56,545 nt of DNA, from contig JAHEDQ010000003.1 of the NCBI GenBank assembly GCA_024641125.1, positions 1-56,545 of the forward strand, read 5' to 3'. A program made the translations under genes and the position numbers. Below the pieces are notes generated by a model. That model made no database searches and was not told the origin of the DNA. It saw only the letters and a list, made by a program, of their open reading frames with translations. Origin of the DNA: Candidatus Competibacteraceae bacterium. Its GTDB lineage: Bacteria; Pseudomonadota; Gammaproteobacteria; Competibacterales; JAHEDQ01. Positions within the stretch are counted from its first letter, which is position 1. Each line of letters opens with the position of its first letter. Below, piece after piece: positions 1 to 7,004 of the stretch.

Positions 1-825
1 CGTACCCCTTGGCCGGTTGCCGGCGCGGCAACTTGACATCCCGAACCTCCAGCGGTGTATACGGCACCGAGACAGCAAGTGGGAAATGATGTTGAGCCGA
101 CCGCGCTTCTTGTCGTCGGTATTTGCGACAAACCAGGGAGCCCAGGCCGTATCGGTATTCTCGAACATGGCGTCGCGGGCACGCGCATAGTCGTACCAGC
201 GGCTGTATGACTTGAGATCCATGTCGGACAGTTTCCAAACCTTACGCGGGTCTTGGATACGGCTCTTGAGGCGCCGGGTCTGTTCATCCGCACTGACCTC
301 CAGCCAGTACTTGATCAGCAAAATACCCGAGTCCACCATCGCACGCTCGACCCCAGGGGCCCGCAACAGGAATTGTTCGGTCTCTTCGGGCGTGCAGAAC
401 CCCATCACCGGTTCGACGCCGGCACGGTTGTACCAGCTGCGGTCGAAGATCACCACCTCGCCGGCAGCGGGAAAGTGCGCTACGTAACGCTGCAAATACA
501 TCTGGGATTTTTCCCGCGGATTCGGCGCGGCAAGCGCCACCACCCGAAACACGCGTGGACTGACTCTTTCGGTGATTCGCTTGATGGTGCCGCCCTTGCC
601 AGCCGTGTCCCGGCCTTCGAACACGATGCATACCTTGGCGCCGGTGGCCTTGACCCACTCCTGCATCGCCACCAACTCAGCATGGAGCCGCTCAATTTCG
701 GCTTCATACTCCTTGCGCTTCATCTTTGGTTTGGGCGTGCCGTCATCGATAGCAACGGCATTTGCGGCAGGCCCACCATGCTTGGAATGCTTATGCTGCT
801 TACCCTTCTTGAGCTTCTTACCCAT
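1..825 (-). CDS. ppk2: polyphosphate kinase 2 (PPK2); 3' end runs off the window
   Basis: My own minus-strand translation from the ATG at 825-823 gives MGKKLKKGKQHKHSKHGG...KRKEYEAEIERLHAELVAMQEWVKATGAKVCIVFEGRDTAGKGGTIKRITE...VIFDRSWYNRAGVEPVMGFCT...WLEVSADEQTRRLKSRIQDPRKVWKLSDMD. The P-loop GRDTAGKGG and FDRSWYNRAGVE are PPK2 signatures. It is absent from the ORF track because there is no stop codon before position 1. Confidence 0.85.
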   Translation of the reverse strand, partial: MGKKLKKGKQHKHSKHGGPAANAVAIDDGTPKPKMKRKEYEAEIERLHAELVAMQEWVKATGAKVCIVFEGRDTAGKGGTIKRITERVSPRVFRVVALAAPNPREKSQMYLQRYVAHFPAAGEVVIFDRSWYNRAGVEPVMGFCTPEETEQFLLRAPGVERAMVDSGILLIKYWLEVSADEQTRRLKSRIQDPRKVWKLSDMDLKSYSRWYDYARARDAMFENTDTAWAPWFVANTDDKKRGRLNIISHLLSRCRIHRWRFGMSSCRAGNRPRGT

Positions 826-1079
826 CCGTCAAATCCTCTCGCTGGTGTTCTAAACCGAAGTCAGTCGAACCTATTCGGGGCGAATTCTAGATCGCCCACA
901 TGCGTCAATCAAAATCTGTAGACGCGGCCGCGGACATCAGCCCTGAAAAGGCGCCATGCGCCGTGCGCCGCCCAACCGGCAGATCGGTGTACGCCCCAGC
1001 CCTTTGCCTGGGCGATCTCCCGGTCTATGCTTCTCGGCCCTGCTACAGGGCCGACGGGGCAACCACAGGAGGCTAACAC

Positions 1080-2150
1080 GTGAAACGCTACAGCATCGCC
1101 GTTCTGCCCGGCGACGGGATCGGCCAGGAAGTCATGCCCCAGGGTATTCGGGTGCTGGATGCCGTCGCCGGGCGCTTTGGCATCGAACTCGATTGGGCGC
1201 ATTTCGATTGGAGTTGTGAGACCTATCACAACACCGGCCGGATGATGCCGGAGGACGGACTCGACCGTCTGGCACGGCACGACGCGATCTATCTCGGCGC
1301 GGTGGGATTTCCCGGGGTCCCGGACCATGTATCACTCTGGGGTCTATTGATCCCCATTCGACGCACCTTTCAGCAGTATATCAATCTCCGCCCGGTACGC
1401 ATGCTGCGCGGTATGTCCAGCCCGTTGCGGGATCGAACGCCGGCAGACATCGATTTTTACGTGGTGCGGGAGAATAACGAGGGCGAGTACTCGGAAATTG
1501 GTGGGCGTCTGTACCAGGGCACCGACGCTGAAATGGCGCTGCAGCAGAATGTGTTTACCCGCATGGGGGTCGATCGGGCGCTCAGATTCGCCTTCGATCT
1601 GGCCCAGTCACGCCCGGCCCGGCACCTCACCTCGGCCACCAAATCCAACGGCATTATTCACACCATGCCCTTTTGGGACGAGCGGGTGGCCGAAATGGCC
1701 AGCCAGTACCCCGATGTGCGCACGGACCAGTACCACATCGATATTCTGACCGCACAGTTCGTGCTCCATCCGGACTGGTTCGACGTGGTGGTGGGCAGCA
1801 ACCTGTTCGGGGATATTCTGTCCGATCTCGGGCCCGCAGTCGCCGGCACCATAGGCGTTGCGCCCTCGGCAAACCTCAATCCCGAGCGCATCGCACCGTC
1901 CATGTTTGAGCCGGTGCATGGCTCCGCCCCGGACATCGCCGGGCGCGGCATCGCGAACCCGATCGGTCAGATCTGGTCCGGGGCCATGATGCTGGCCCAC
2001 CTGGGTCACGAGGACGCCGCCAAGGCCATAGAGCTGGCCATCGAGGACGTGCTGGAAGAGGGGTCCACACGCACCCCGGACCTGGGTGGCACGGCCGACA
2101 CCGAAGCCTTGGGCGCCGCCATCGCCGATCGGGTGGCGTCAGCGGACTGA
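1080..2150 (+). CDS. dmlA: tartrate dehydrogenase/decarboxylase or D-malate dehydrogenase (isocitrate/isopropylmalate dehydrogenase family)
   Basis: 356-aa ORF with a GTG start 7 nt after AGGAGG (1067-1072). It is collinear by eye with E. coli DmlA/YeaU: IAVLPGDGIGQEV, DFYVVRENNEGEYS, TSATKSNG, NLFGDILSDLGPAVAGTIGVAPSANLNPE, EPVHGSAPDIAG. Confidence 0.85.
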   Translation: MKRYSIAVLPGDGIGQEVMPQGIRVLDAVAGRFGIELDWAHFDWSCETYHNTGRMMPEDGLDRLARHDAIYLGAVGFPGVPDHVSLWGLLIPIRRTFQQYINLRPVRMLRGMSSPLRDRTPADIDFYVVRENNEGEYSEIGGRLYQGTDAEMALQQNVFTRMGVDRALRFAFDLAQSRPARHLTSATKSNGIIHTMPFWDERVAEMASQYPDVRTDQYHIDILTAQFVLHPDWFDVVVGSNLFGDILSDLGPAVAGTIGVAPSANLNPERIAPSMFEPVHGSAPDIAGRGIANPIGQIWSGAMMLAHLGHEDAAKAIELAIEDVLEEGSTRTPDLGGTADTEALGAAIADRVASAD

Positions 2151-2170
2151 CGCGCCAGACCGGGCGGCCT

Positions 2171-2337
2171 AGGGAGCCGCTGATCTATTCCTGAACGTGC
2201 ATCTTGGGATTGAAAGGCACACCTTCAGCGTTGCAAATCTTGGCAATAGTAATGACTATTACCCGCGATCTGCGCCTTCAAGTTGCACATTTCACCCTCC
2301 AATCTGCTTGATCCAGAATAAATCAGAGACTCCCTGG
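2171..2337 (+). mobile_element. MITE-like hairpin element, copy A (full length, TIR about 20 bp)
   Basis: Left end AGGGAGCCGCTGATCTATTC; reverse complement of the right end GGGAGTCTCTGATTTATTC. The two halves are imperfect reverse complements of each other. The same sequence recurs at 4586-4754, 39049-39128, 49228-49396 and 53875-54042. It sits between the convergent stops of dmlA and the 2390-3265 gene. Confidence 0.8.
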
Positions 2338-2389
2338 TCGCCACCCGGTGGTGCTTTCCTGCAAATCGTGTTTGATCGACTGGCGTGGT

Positions 2390-3265
2390 TCAGGAACCTG
2401 CGGCGCCCGCTGCCGGCGGTGGCATCATCGGCCCAGGCCCGTATCCAGGACCCGGACCATAACCAGGCGCCATACCGCGCCCGGGGCCGTAACCGGGACC
2501 CCATTGCGGCCCTGGACCAGGCCCATAGCCATACCCCGGGCCATAGCCGGGACGAGGTCCGGCGGCCGGTCCAGAATAGGGTCCGTAACCGGGTCCGGGC
2601 CCGAGGCCGCCGCCAGCTGGGCCGTAGGCCTGCGTGCGGGCCCGCCGCGCCTCGAAACGCTGTTCCATCTCAGCCCGCCGGGCCTCGAAAAACGCGTCTT
2701 GCTCCTCGGCGTCCATGGCGGCGAATCGAGCCCGTTCGGCCTCGATGTCGGCGCGCATCCTGTCAGCCTCGTCACGCATCTGCTGGTGACGCTCGATCAT
2801 TTCAGCCGTGCGCTGCTCCGCCTGCTCACGCATGGTCTGGTAACGCTGAACCATTTGTTCTTCCATCAGCTTAGCCTGGCGCACCTGCTCTTCCCGGGCC
2901 TGCGCCAACATCTCTTCGTAGGCACCCGGCAGACCTGCACGGCGCTCTTCGGCTTGTTCGAGCATTTGCTGGTGGAACTTGGCCTGTTCAGCAGCCCGCT
3001 GCTCGGTGAGTTCAAGCATCTCCTGGTAGCGCTTGGCGCTGTCCTCGGCAAATCGCTGTTGCATGGCCGCGTGATGCTCTGCCATGTAGGCCTGTCTCTC
3101 TTCCCCACTCAGGGAATGCATCTTGGCCATGTGGGCGGTCCGTTCCGCCTGCGTCATCATAGCGCCGGCTTGGCCGTGGCCGGCTTGCGTTTCTGCGACG
3201 ACGGATTGCCCCGCCATCAGGAAAGCCGCAGTCGCAGCGGCGATTAGTGGTTTTTTGAACATCAC
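2390..3265 (-). CDS. secreted coiled-coil protein with a C-terminal Gly-Pro-Tyr low-complexity tail
   Basis: 291-aa ORF. Signal peptide MMFKKPLIAAATAAFLMAGQSVVA. About 190 aa of E/Q/R/A/M-rich heptad-like sequence, then a PGYGPGYGYGPGPGPQWGPGYGPGRGMAPGYGPGPGYGPGP tail. The opposite-strand ORFs are low-complexity mirror artefacts. Confidence 0.7.
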   Translation of the reverse strand: MMFKKPLIAAATAAFLMAGQSVVAETQAGHGQAGAMMTQAERTAHMAKMHSLSGEERQAYMAEHHAAMQQRFAEDSAKRYQEMLELTEQRAAEQAKFHQQMLEQAEERRAGLPGAYEEMLAQAREEQVRQAKLMEEQMVQRYQTMREQAEQRTAEMIERHQQMRDEADRMRADIEAERARFAAMDAEEQDAFFEARRAEMEQRFEARRARTQAYGPAGGGLGPGPGYGPYSGPAAGPRPGYGPGYGYGPGPGPQWGPGYGPGRGMAPGYGPGPGYGPGPMMPPPAAGAAGS

Positions 3266-3300
3266 GTCTCTCCTTTACTCGAAAAACAGCCCGCCCTGAA

Positions 3301-3837
3301 TCACCAGGGCGCCATGTTGTTCATAAAATTCATCGGCCGGGACACGTTGTGCAGATTCCAGCTCATGGTGGCCACATCCTGTCGCATCAAGTGCATGGCT
3401 GCGGTCATGGACTCCATACTGGCGGCCATCCCGAGCATCGTGCCGGACTCCTCGTCGACACCGGCGGCGACCCGATCCATATCCGCCGCCACCCGATTCA
3501 GATCACCCGCCACCGCAGAAAAGTTTGCGGCGATGGACTCCATCCTGCCGGTGCTTTCCGCAATGCTGTCCATGTAGGCGATCTGGATCGAAATCGCGTC
3601 CATCCGATCCGCGATACGCGACACGCTGTCGGTCAGGCTGTAGACCAGATAGAACCCATAGGCGGCGAGCACGATAAAGGCGACCAGAGAAGGATAGACA
3701 ATCAGCTCCCACCGCCGGGCGCTGGCCTCGAAGGTGCGGGAAAACTGGTCCATGCATTCCGCCAGACCCTGCTCCGGACCCGGTTGCGGCAACGCGTGCC
3801 GACCGTCCTTGAACTGTTGTGTGGTTGTGTCCGACAT
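3301..3837 (-). CDS. single-pass membrane protein with Met/Asp-rich repeats (function unknown)
   Basis: 178-aa ORF with GAGGA upstream of the ATG. One TM helix (WELIVYPSLVAFIVLAAYGFYLVYSL). Then repeated ..RMDAISIQIAYMDSIAESTGRMESIAANF..DMDRVAAGV..MESMTAAMHLM.., ending in PMNFMNNMAPW. Confidence 0.6.
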   Translation of the reverse strand: MSDTTTQQFKDGRHALPQPGPEQGLAECMDQFSRTFEASARRWELIVYPSLVAFIVLAAYGFYLVYSLTDSVSRIADRMDAISIQIAYMDSIAESTGRMESIAANFSAVAGDLNRVAADMDRVAAGVDEESGTMLGMAASMESMTAAMHLMRQDVATMSWNLHNVSRPMNFMNNMAPW

Positions 3838-3944
3838 GGGCTGTCCTCATTGTCATCTGTGGCGTCACGCTTCTGGGTTCGTTGGCCTGAGTCCCGGCGT
3901 AAGGTTGCCTTCCGCGGGGAAAGCGCCCACCGGGCCCTGGATGT

Positions 3945-4577
3945 TCACGGACGGGTTGTCCTGATGGTGTTGATTTCCCGGGCCAGGGTCTGGCCCCCCT
4001 GAGGATCCAGTCCGCCCACGATGGCCACCATGTGCATGGCTTGACCAAATCGTCTCAAACGGGCCAGATTCAACGCCGCTTCCCGGTAGACGCCAGCCGC
4101 GTCTCGCCAACGCCCCTGTGCGAAGTAGATGTTGCCGAGTTCTCCGGCGGGGTTGGGATCTCCCGGTCTTTGCTCCATCAGGCGCTGATAGAGAACTTCG
4201 GCCTGGGTGTACTCCTGCCGCCAATAGGCCTGACGGGCCATGGCCAGCCCATCCTCGGACACATTGCGTGCCGGCGCGGGCTCCGGCAATGACGGCAGAC
4301 CCGCACCGTACACGGGTCCATAGGCTTGAGGCTGCGCTTGAAACGATTGCACCGCGGCCGGTTCCGTTCCGGTGGTTTGCATGATTTGCCGCTGGGCCCG
4401 TTCAGCCGCTGCGATTTCCTCCGGGCTGAGTGGGCGATAAACCGGCGATTCATCCGGCGCGGTCGCGGCTTCAGCAAAACACGATGCCGACGCCAACACA
4501 CCGGCAAGCAGACTCACCGCGCAACAGGCAAGGCTCTGCGCCCTGTGGGAACATCCATGCACTGGGCTTTCGCTCAT
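3945..4577 (-). CDS. secreted TPR-repeat protein
   Basis: 210-aa ORF with an N-terminal hydrophobic signal (SLACCAVSLLAGVLASASCFAEA). The C-terminal half is TPR-like (ARQAYWRQEYTQAEVLYQRLMEQRPGDPNPAGELGNIYFAQGRWRDAAGVYREA). Confidence 0.6.
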   Translation of the reverse strand: MSESPVHGCSHRAQSLACCAVSLLAGVLASASCFAEAATAPDESPVYRPLSPEEIAAAERAQRQIMQTTGTEPAAVQSFQAQPQAYGPVYGAGLPSLPEPAPARNVSEDGLAMARQAYWRQEYTQAEVLYQRLMEQRPGDPNPAGELGNIYFAQGRWRDAAGVYREAALNLARLRRFGQAMHMVAIVGGLDPQGGQTLAREINTIRTTRP

Positions 4578-4585
4578 ATCGCGTT

Positions 4586-4754
4586 CTCCCTGGGGCGCCT
4601 CTGGTTTATTCTGGACGAATCAGATTGGAGGGTGAAATGTGCAGCTTCAAGGCGCAGATCGCAGGTCATAGTCGTTCTATTGCCAAGATCTGCAACGATG
4701 AAGCTGTGCATTTGAATCCCAAGGTGCAGGTTCATGAATAGATCAGAGGATCCC
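4586..4754 (-). mobile_element. MITE-like hairpin element, copy B (full length, inverted relative to copy A)
   Basis: Its reverse complement aligns end to end with copy A (GGGATCCTCTGATCTATTCATGAACCTGCACCTTGGGATTCAAATGCACAGCTTCATCGTTGCAGATCTTGGCAATAG...CACCCTCCAATCTGATTCGTCCAGAATAAACCAGAGGCGCCCCAGGG). One end overlaps the ParA stop codon (4754-4756). The other end lies 9 nt from the TPR gene ATG. Confidence 0.8.
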
Positions 4755-5404
4755 TAAATCGGGGCCAGTCCGGGATACAGATCCCGGGCGAGCGTATCGA
4801 ATTCCACCGCCGCTTTACTGCGCCGCGCCATTTCATACACCGCCAGACCCTCGCTGAGCGATCTGCGATAAACCGTCCGGTTGCAGAGCCGATGGGGCAG
4901 CAGATGGACCCCGCCCATCATGCCCAAGGCTTCCACTGTCTCATCGGATTCGCGAATCTGGCGATGGGTATCCGCTCGATTGACGAAAGCAAGCACTTCG
5001 ATCCGACGCCCGTCCGGCACCGCCTTGCGCACAATGCTGAGGAACCGCTGGGTCGCCCACACATCCGCCTGGCTCGGCGGAACCGGGATCACCACGCGAT
5101 CGGCAACCTCGATGGCCGACTGCATGGCCGCGATGTTTGCCGCCCCTACATCCACCAGAACCTCGCCGGCGAAGGCCTGGAGCTGTTTTCCGTTGACCTT
5201 GTGCAGTTGATGCACGGTCAGAGCAGGCTCGTGGCCATCCTCGCACCGTACCTGGTTGACATCGGTCAAAGTGCACTGGGGATCCAAGTCATAGGCGACC
5301 ACCGCTTCGGAATGCTGCGCCAGCCATACGCCAAGATTGAAAGCCAGCGTGCTCTTTCCAGACCCGCCCTTAAGATTGCCGATCACCGTGATCACGCCTT
5401 TCAA
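4754..5404 (-). CDS. orphan ParA/MinD-family P-loop ATPase
   Basis: 216-aa ORF. It has the deviant Walker A VIGNLKGGSGKST and overall ParA-like architecture. No parB or parS is recognisable nearby. Confidence 0.85.
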   Translation of the reverse strand: MKGVITVIGNLKGGSGKSTLAFNLGVWLAQHSEAVVAYDLDPQCTLTDVNQVRCEDGHEPALTVHQLHKVNGKQLQAFAGEVLVDVGAANIAAMQSAIEVADRVVIPVPPSQADVWATQRFLSIVRKAVPDGRRIEVLAFVNRADTHRQIRESDETVEALGMMGGVHLLPHRLCNRTVYRRSLSEGLAVYEMARRSKAAVEFDTLARDLYPGLAPI

Positions 5405-5449
5405 CCCTCCAGCATCATGGTTTGCCGACCCATGGCATGTTTGCGCCCG

Positions 5450-6244
5450 TTATTGAATCCGAAGCGCTGCCGGCGGCGCCGGGTTGGCCAACCGGGTGTA
5501 GTCGGATGGCACTTCAAAAAGCGTGTCCGGTTGAGGGCCGAGCTGAATGTTTCGCAGTTCTCGAACCATGCCGCCGGGCAAGGCCTCACGAATCGCAATC
5601 TGAAGCTCGGGATCGAACCATTGCCAGGCCTCCGTGGCCTGACCGTCGGGTCGACTGACCCGCGTCAGCCATTTCTCCACCGGACGATTGTCCAGGGTTT
5701 CCAGACCAACCAGACTCAGCTCAGTGACTGTGCCATCCGGTGCAAACACCTTCAGCGGGAGGCTCCGCTCCCGGTCCAGCCAGTACAGCATCCGATACTC
5801 GCGGCCGTCTCGAGCGACAACCATCTCCCATTTATCCGCGTCACGGCCATTGACGGTTTCGCTCCCCAGTGATTTGCAAACCGCGTCGGGCAGAGTGCCA
5901 CAGGGCCCATTTTCGGGATCCTGAGCACTCGCCTGATCCGGCAAGGGCGGCGGCGCTGGACGTACCAGGTACTGTTTCTGCTGGGGCAGGAGCATCACGA
6001 ACAGCCCCTGTTTGGGGACCGAAATCTCCACGGCGGGCTGACCATTGGCCTCGAACTCCAGCCGCGTGCGGCCATCCCCCACGAACATCCGACTGACTCT
6101 GGGTGGGGATGCCGGGTGCATCTGATAGGCATCGGCGGAGAACTCAATCCGGGTTTGATCCGCAGCAACGACAGTCCCGCTCGCCGTCATTAGCAGCAGT
6201 CCGATCAAAAACGCAATGTTGCCAGCAGCGCGCGGTGTGTTCAT
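5450..6244 (-). CDS. periplasmic LolA-fold / DUF4412-like protein
   Basis: The track ORF runs 5450-6397. I chose the internal ATG at 6244 (GAGAGG upstream) because it gives the signal peptide MNTPRAAGNIAFLIGLLLMTASGTVVA. The body has the pattern typical of LolA-like lipoprotein-sorting folds (..GETVNGRDADKWEMVV...LFEVPSDYTRL). Confidence 0.5.
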   Translation of the reverse strand: MNTPRAAGNIAFLIGLLLMTASGTVVAADQTRIEFSADAYQMHPASPPRVSRMFVGDGRTRLEFEANGQPAVEISVPKQGLFVMLLPQQKQYLVRPAPPPLPDQASAQDPENGPCGTLPDAVCKSLGSETVNGRDADKWEMVVARDGREYRMLYWLDRERSLPLKVFAPDGTVTELSLVGLETLDNRPVEKWLTRVSRPDGQATEAWQWFDPELQIAIREALPGGMVRELRNIQLGPQPDTLFEVPSDYTRLANPAPPAALRIQ

Positions 6245-6365
6245 TTCGCCTCTCTGGGTGGTGCCAGCCCGGTTGGGTACGGTGGGTAACGGTGCTATGG
6301 CGACCTGTCCCACGTTTCGCCCGAAAGTACGTCCAAGCGGGACGCCCGTTGCCGGGCAAGGCCCG

Positions 6366-6397
6366 ATGTATTCGACACAGGGTCGTGTCGAATACAT
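6366..6397 (-). terminator. perfect 13-bp stem hairpin 18 nt downstream of the Gly/Tyr-rich gene; no U-tract (attenuator or mRNA stabiliser candidate)
   Basis: ATGTATTCGACAC-agggtc-GTGTCGAATACAT, read directly from the sequence. Confidence 0.45.
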
Positions 6398-6414
6398 GGG
6401 CTGCTCGATGCCGC

Positions 6415-6867
6415 TTACTGGGCGGGCTGTGCCTGAGGCTGCGGCTGTTGCGGCGCGGGCGCACCGTATCCAGGCGGTGCATAACCCGGGGCCGGAGCGC
6501 CGTAGCCATAGCCGGGTGCACCATAACCGGGTGCACCATAACCATAGCCCGGGTAACCGTAACCAGGCGCACCATAGCCGTAGCCCGGATAGCCGTAGCC
6601 GGGGTAGCCGTAGCCGTAGCCCGGCTGGCCATAACCCCGACCGTAGCCGCTGCCGGTTCCGTGGCCGCTGAAGCCCATGTTGAAGCTGCCGTCGCCCATC
6701 ATGTCGCCCAGGCCGTTACCCCAGCCCGGACCACCCCAACCGGGTCCACCCCAGCCAGGACCGCCCCAGCCCGGACCGCCCCACTGAGCCTGGGCGGAGG
6801 ACAAGGGCAGGGCCATGGCGCCGGCAATCGCGGCGGCAAGAATCGCTTTCTTGAAATTGCTCATCAC
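6415..6867 (-). CDS. secreted Gly/Tyr/Pro repeat protein resembling sulfur-globule envelope proteins (Sgp-like)
   Basis: 150-aa ORF. Signal peptide [27 protein letters not shown], then (WGGPG)x4, then [27 protein letters not shown], then about 12 (P)GYGY(G/A)(A)P units. The composition and the GDG..FNM..SG.G.GSG.GRGYG block match my recollection of purple-sulfur-bacterial SgpA/SgpB. Confidence 0.7.
   Translation of the reverse strand: MMSNFKKAILAAAIAGAMALPLSSAQAQWGGPGWGGPGWGGPGWGGPGWGNGLGDMMGDGSFNMGFSGHGTGSGYGRGYGQPGYGYGYPGYGYPGYGYGAPGYGYPGYGYGAPGYGAPGYGYGAPAPGYAPPGYGAPAPQQPQPQAQPAQ
6721..6783 (-). repeat. four tandem 15-nt coding repeats (WGGPG) that differ only at synonymous positions
   Basis: The minus strand reads TGGGGCGGTCCGGGC TGGGGCGGTCCTGGC TGGGGTGGACCCGGT TGGGGTGGTCCGGGC TGG. 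All four units encode WGGPG. Confidence 0.9.
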
Positions 6868-7004
6868 TGTTTACCTCAGGTGAAGTACATCTATCGGACG
6901 TCAACACGACGGCGTCCGGTTATCTCCCTGTCTGGTGAAACCATGGTGAACGCAGGGAGTCCCGTTCAGCCTCGCTTCGTCTTCCCTCAAAACACGCCGC
7001 GGCT

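Noticed and set aside
4430-4741. A small 'conserved' peptide inside the repeat elements: ..LEGEMCSFKAQIAGHSRSIAKICNDEAVHLNPKVQVHE in copy B and MEGEIWTFKAQIAGNCCSIAKICNDEAVQFRPKMQF.. in copy D (49072-49359).
   Set aside because: The similarity follows from nucleotide conservation. Differences between the copies are not biased towards synonymous sites. Copy A has an indel that shifts the frame (..AGNSHYYCQDLQR*), and copy E has the segment inverted. There is no consistent start codon or RBS.
5450-6397. N-terminally extended versions of many track ORFs: 5450-6397, 11670-13136, 19271-21658, 27324-28364, 28211-29341, 29212-30348, 35902-37473, 37575-38729, 38524-39138, 42433-44523, 46753-47481, 47286-48815, 54246-56456, 15290-19225.
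   Set aside because: The extensions overlap the upstream gene, are Arg/Pro/Gly-rich, and precede an internal start that has an RBS, a signal peptide or a stop/start overlap. The shorter models are reported as features.
6470-6790. Dense short tandem DNA repeats (ccgtagcc.., ccccagcccggacc..) that could look like a CRISPR array, a VNTR or a contingency locus.
   Set aside because: They lie in frame inside the Gly/Tyr-rich ORF and encode GYGYP and WGGPG units. The repeat units differ at synonymous positions, and there is no spacer/repeat architecture.
6924-6959. CTCCCTG ... CAGGGAG inverted repeat between the two low-complexity genes, resembling the tip of the element TIR (CAGGGAGCC); considered as a solo TIR or an excision footprint.
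   Set aside because: Only 7-9 nt match, and nothing beyond the GGGAG core aligns with the element. This is too short to separate from chance or from an RBS-like motif.
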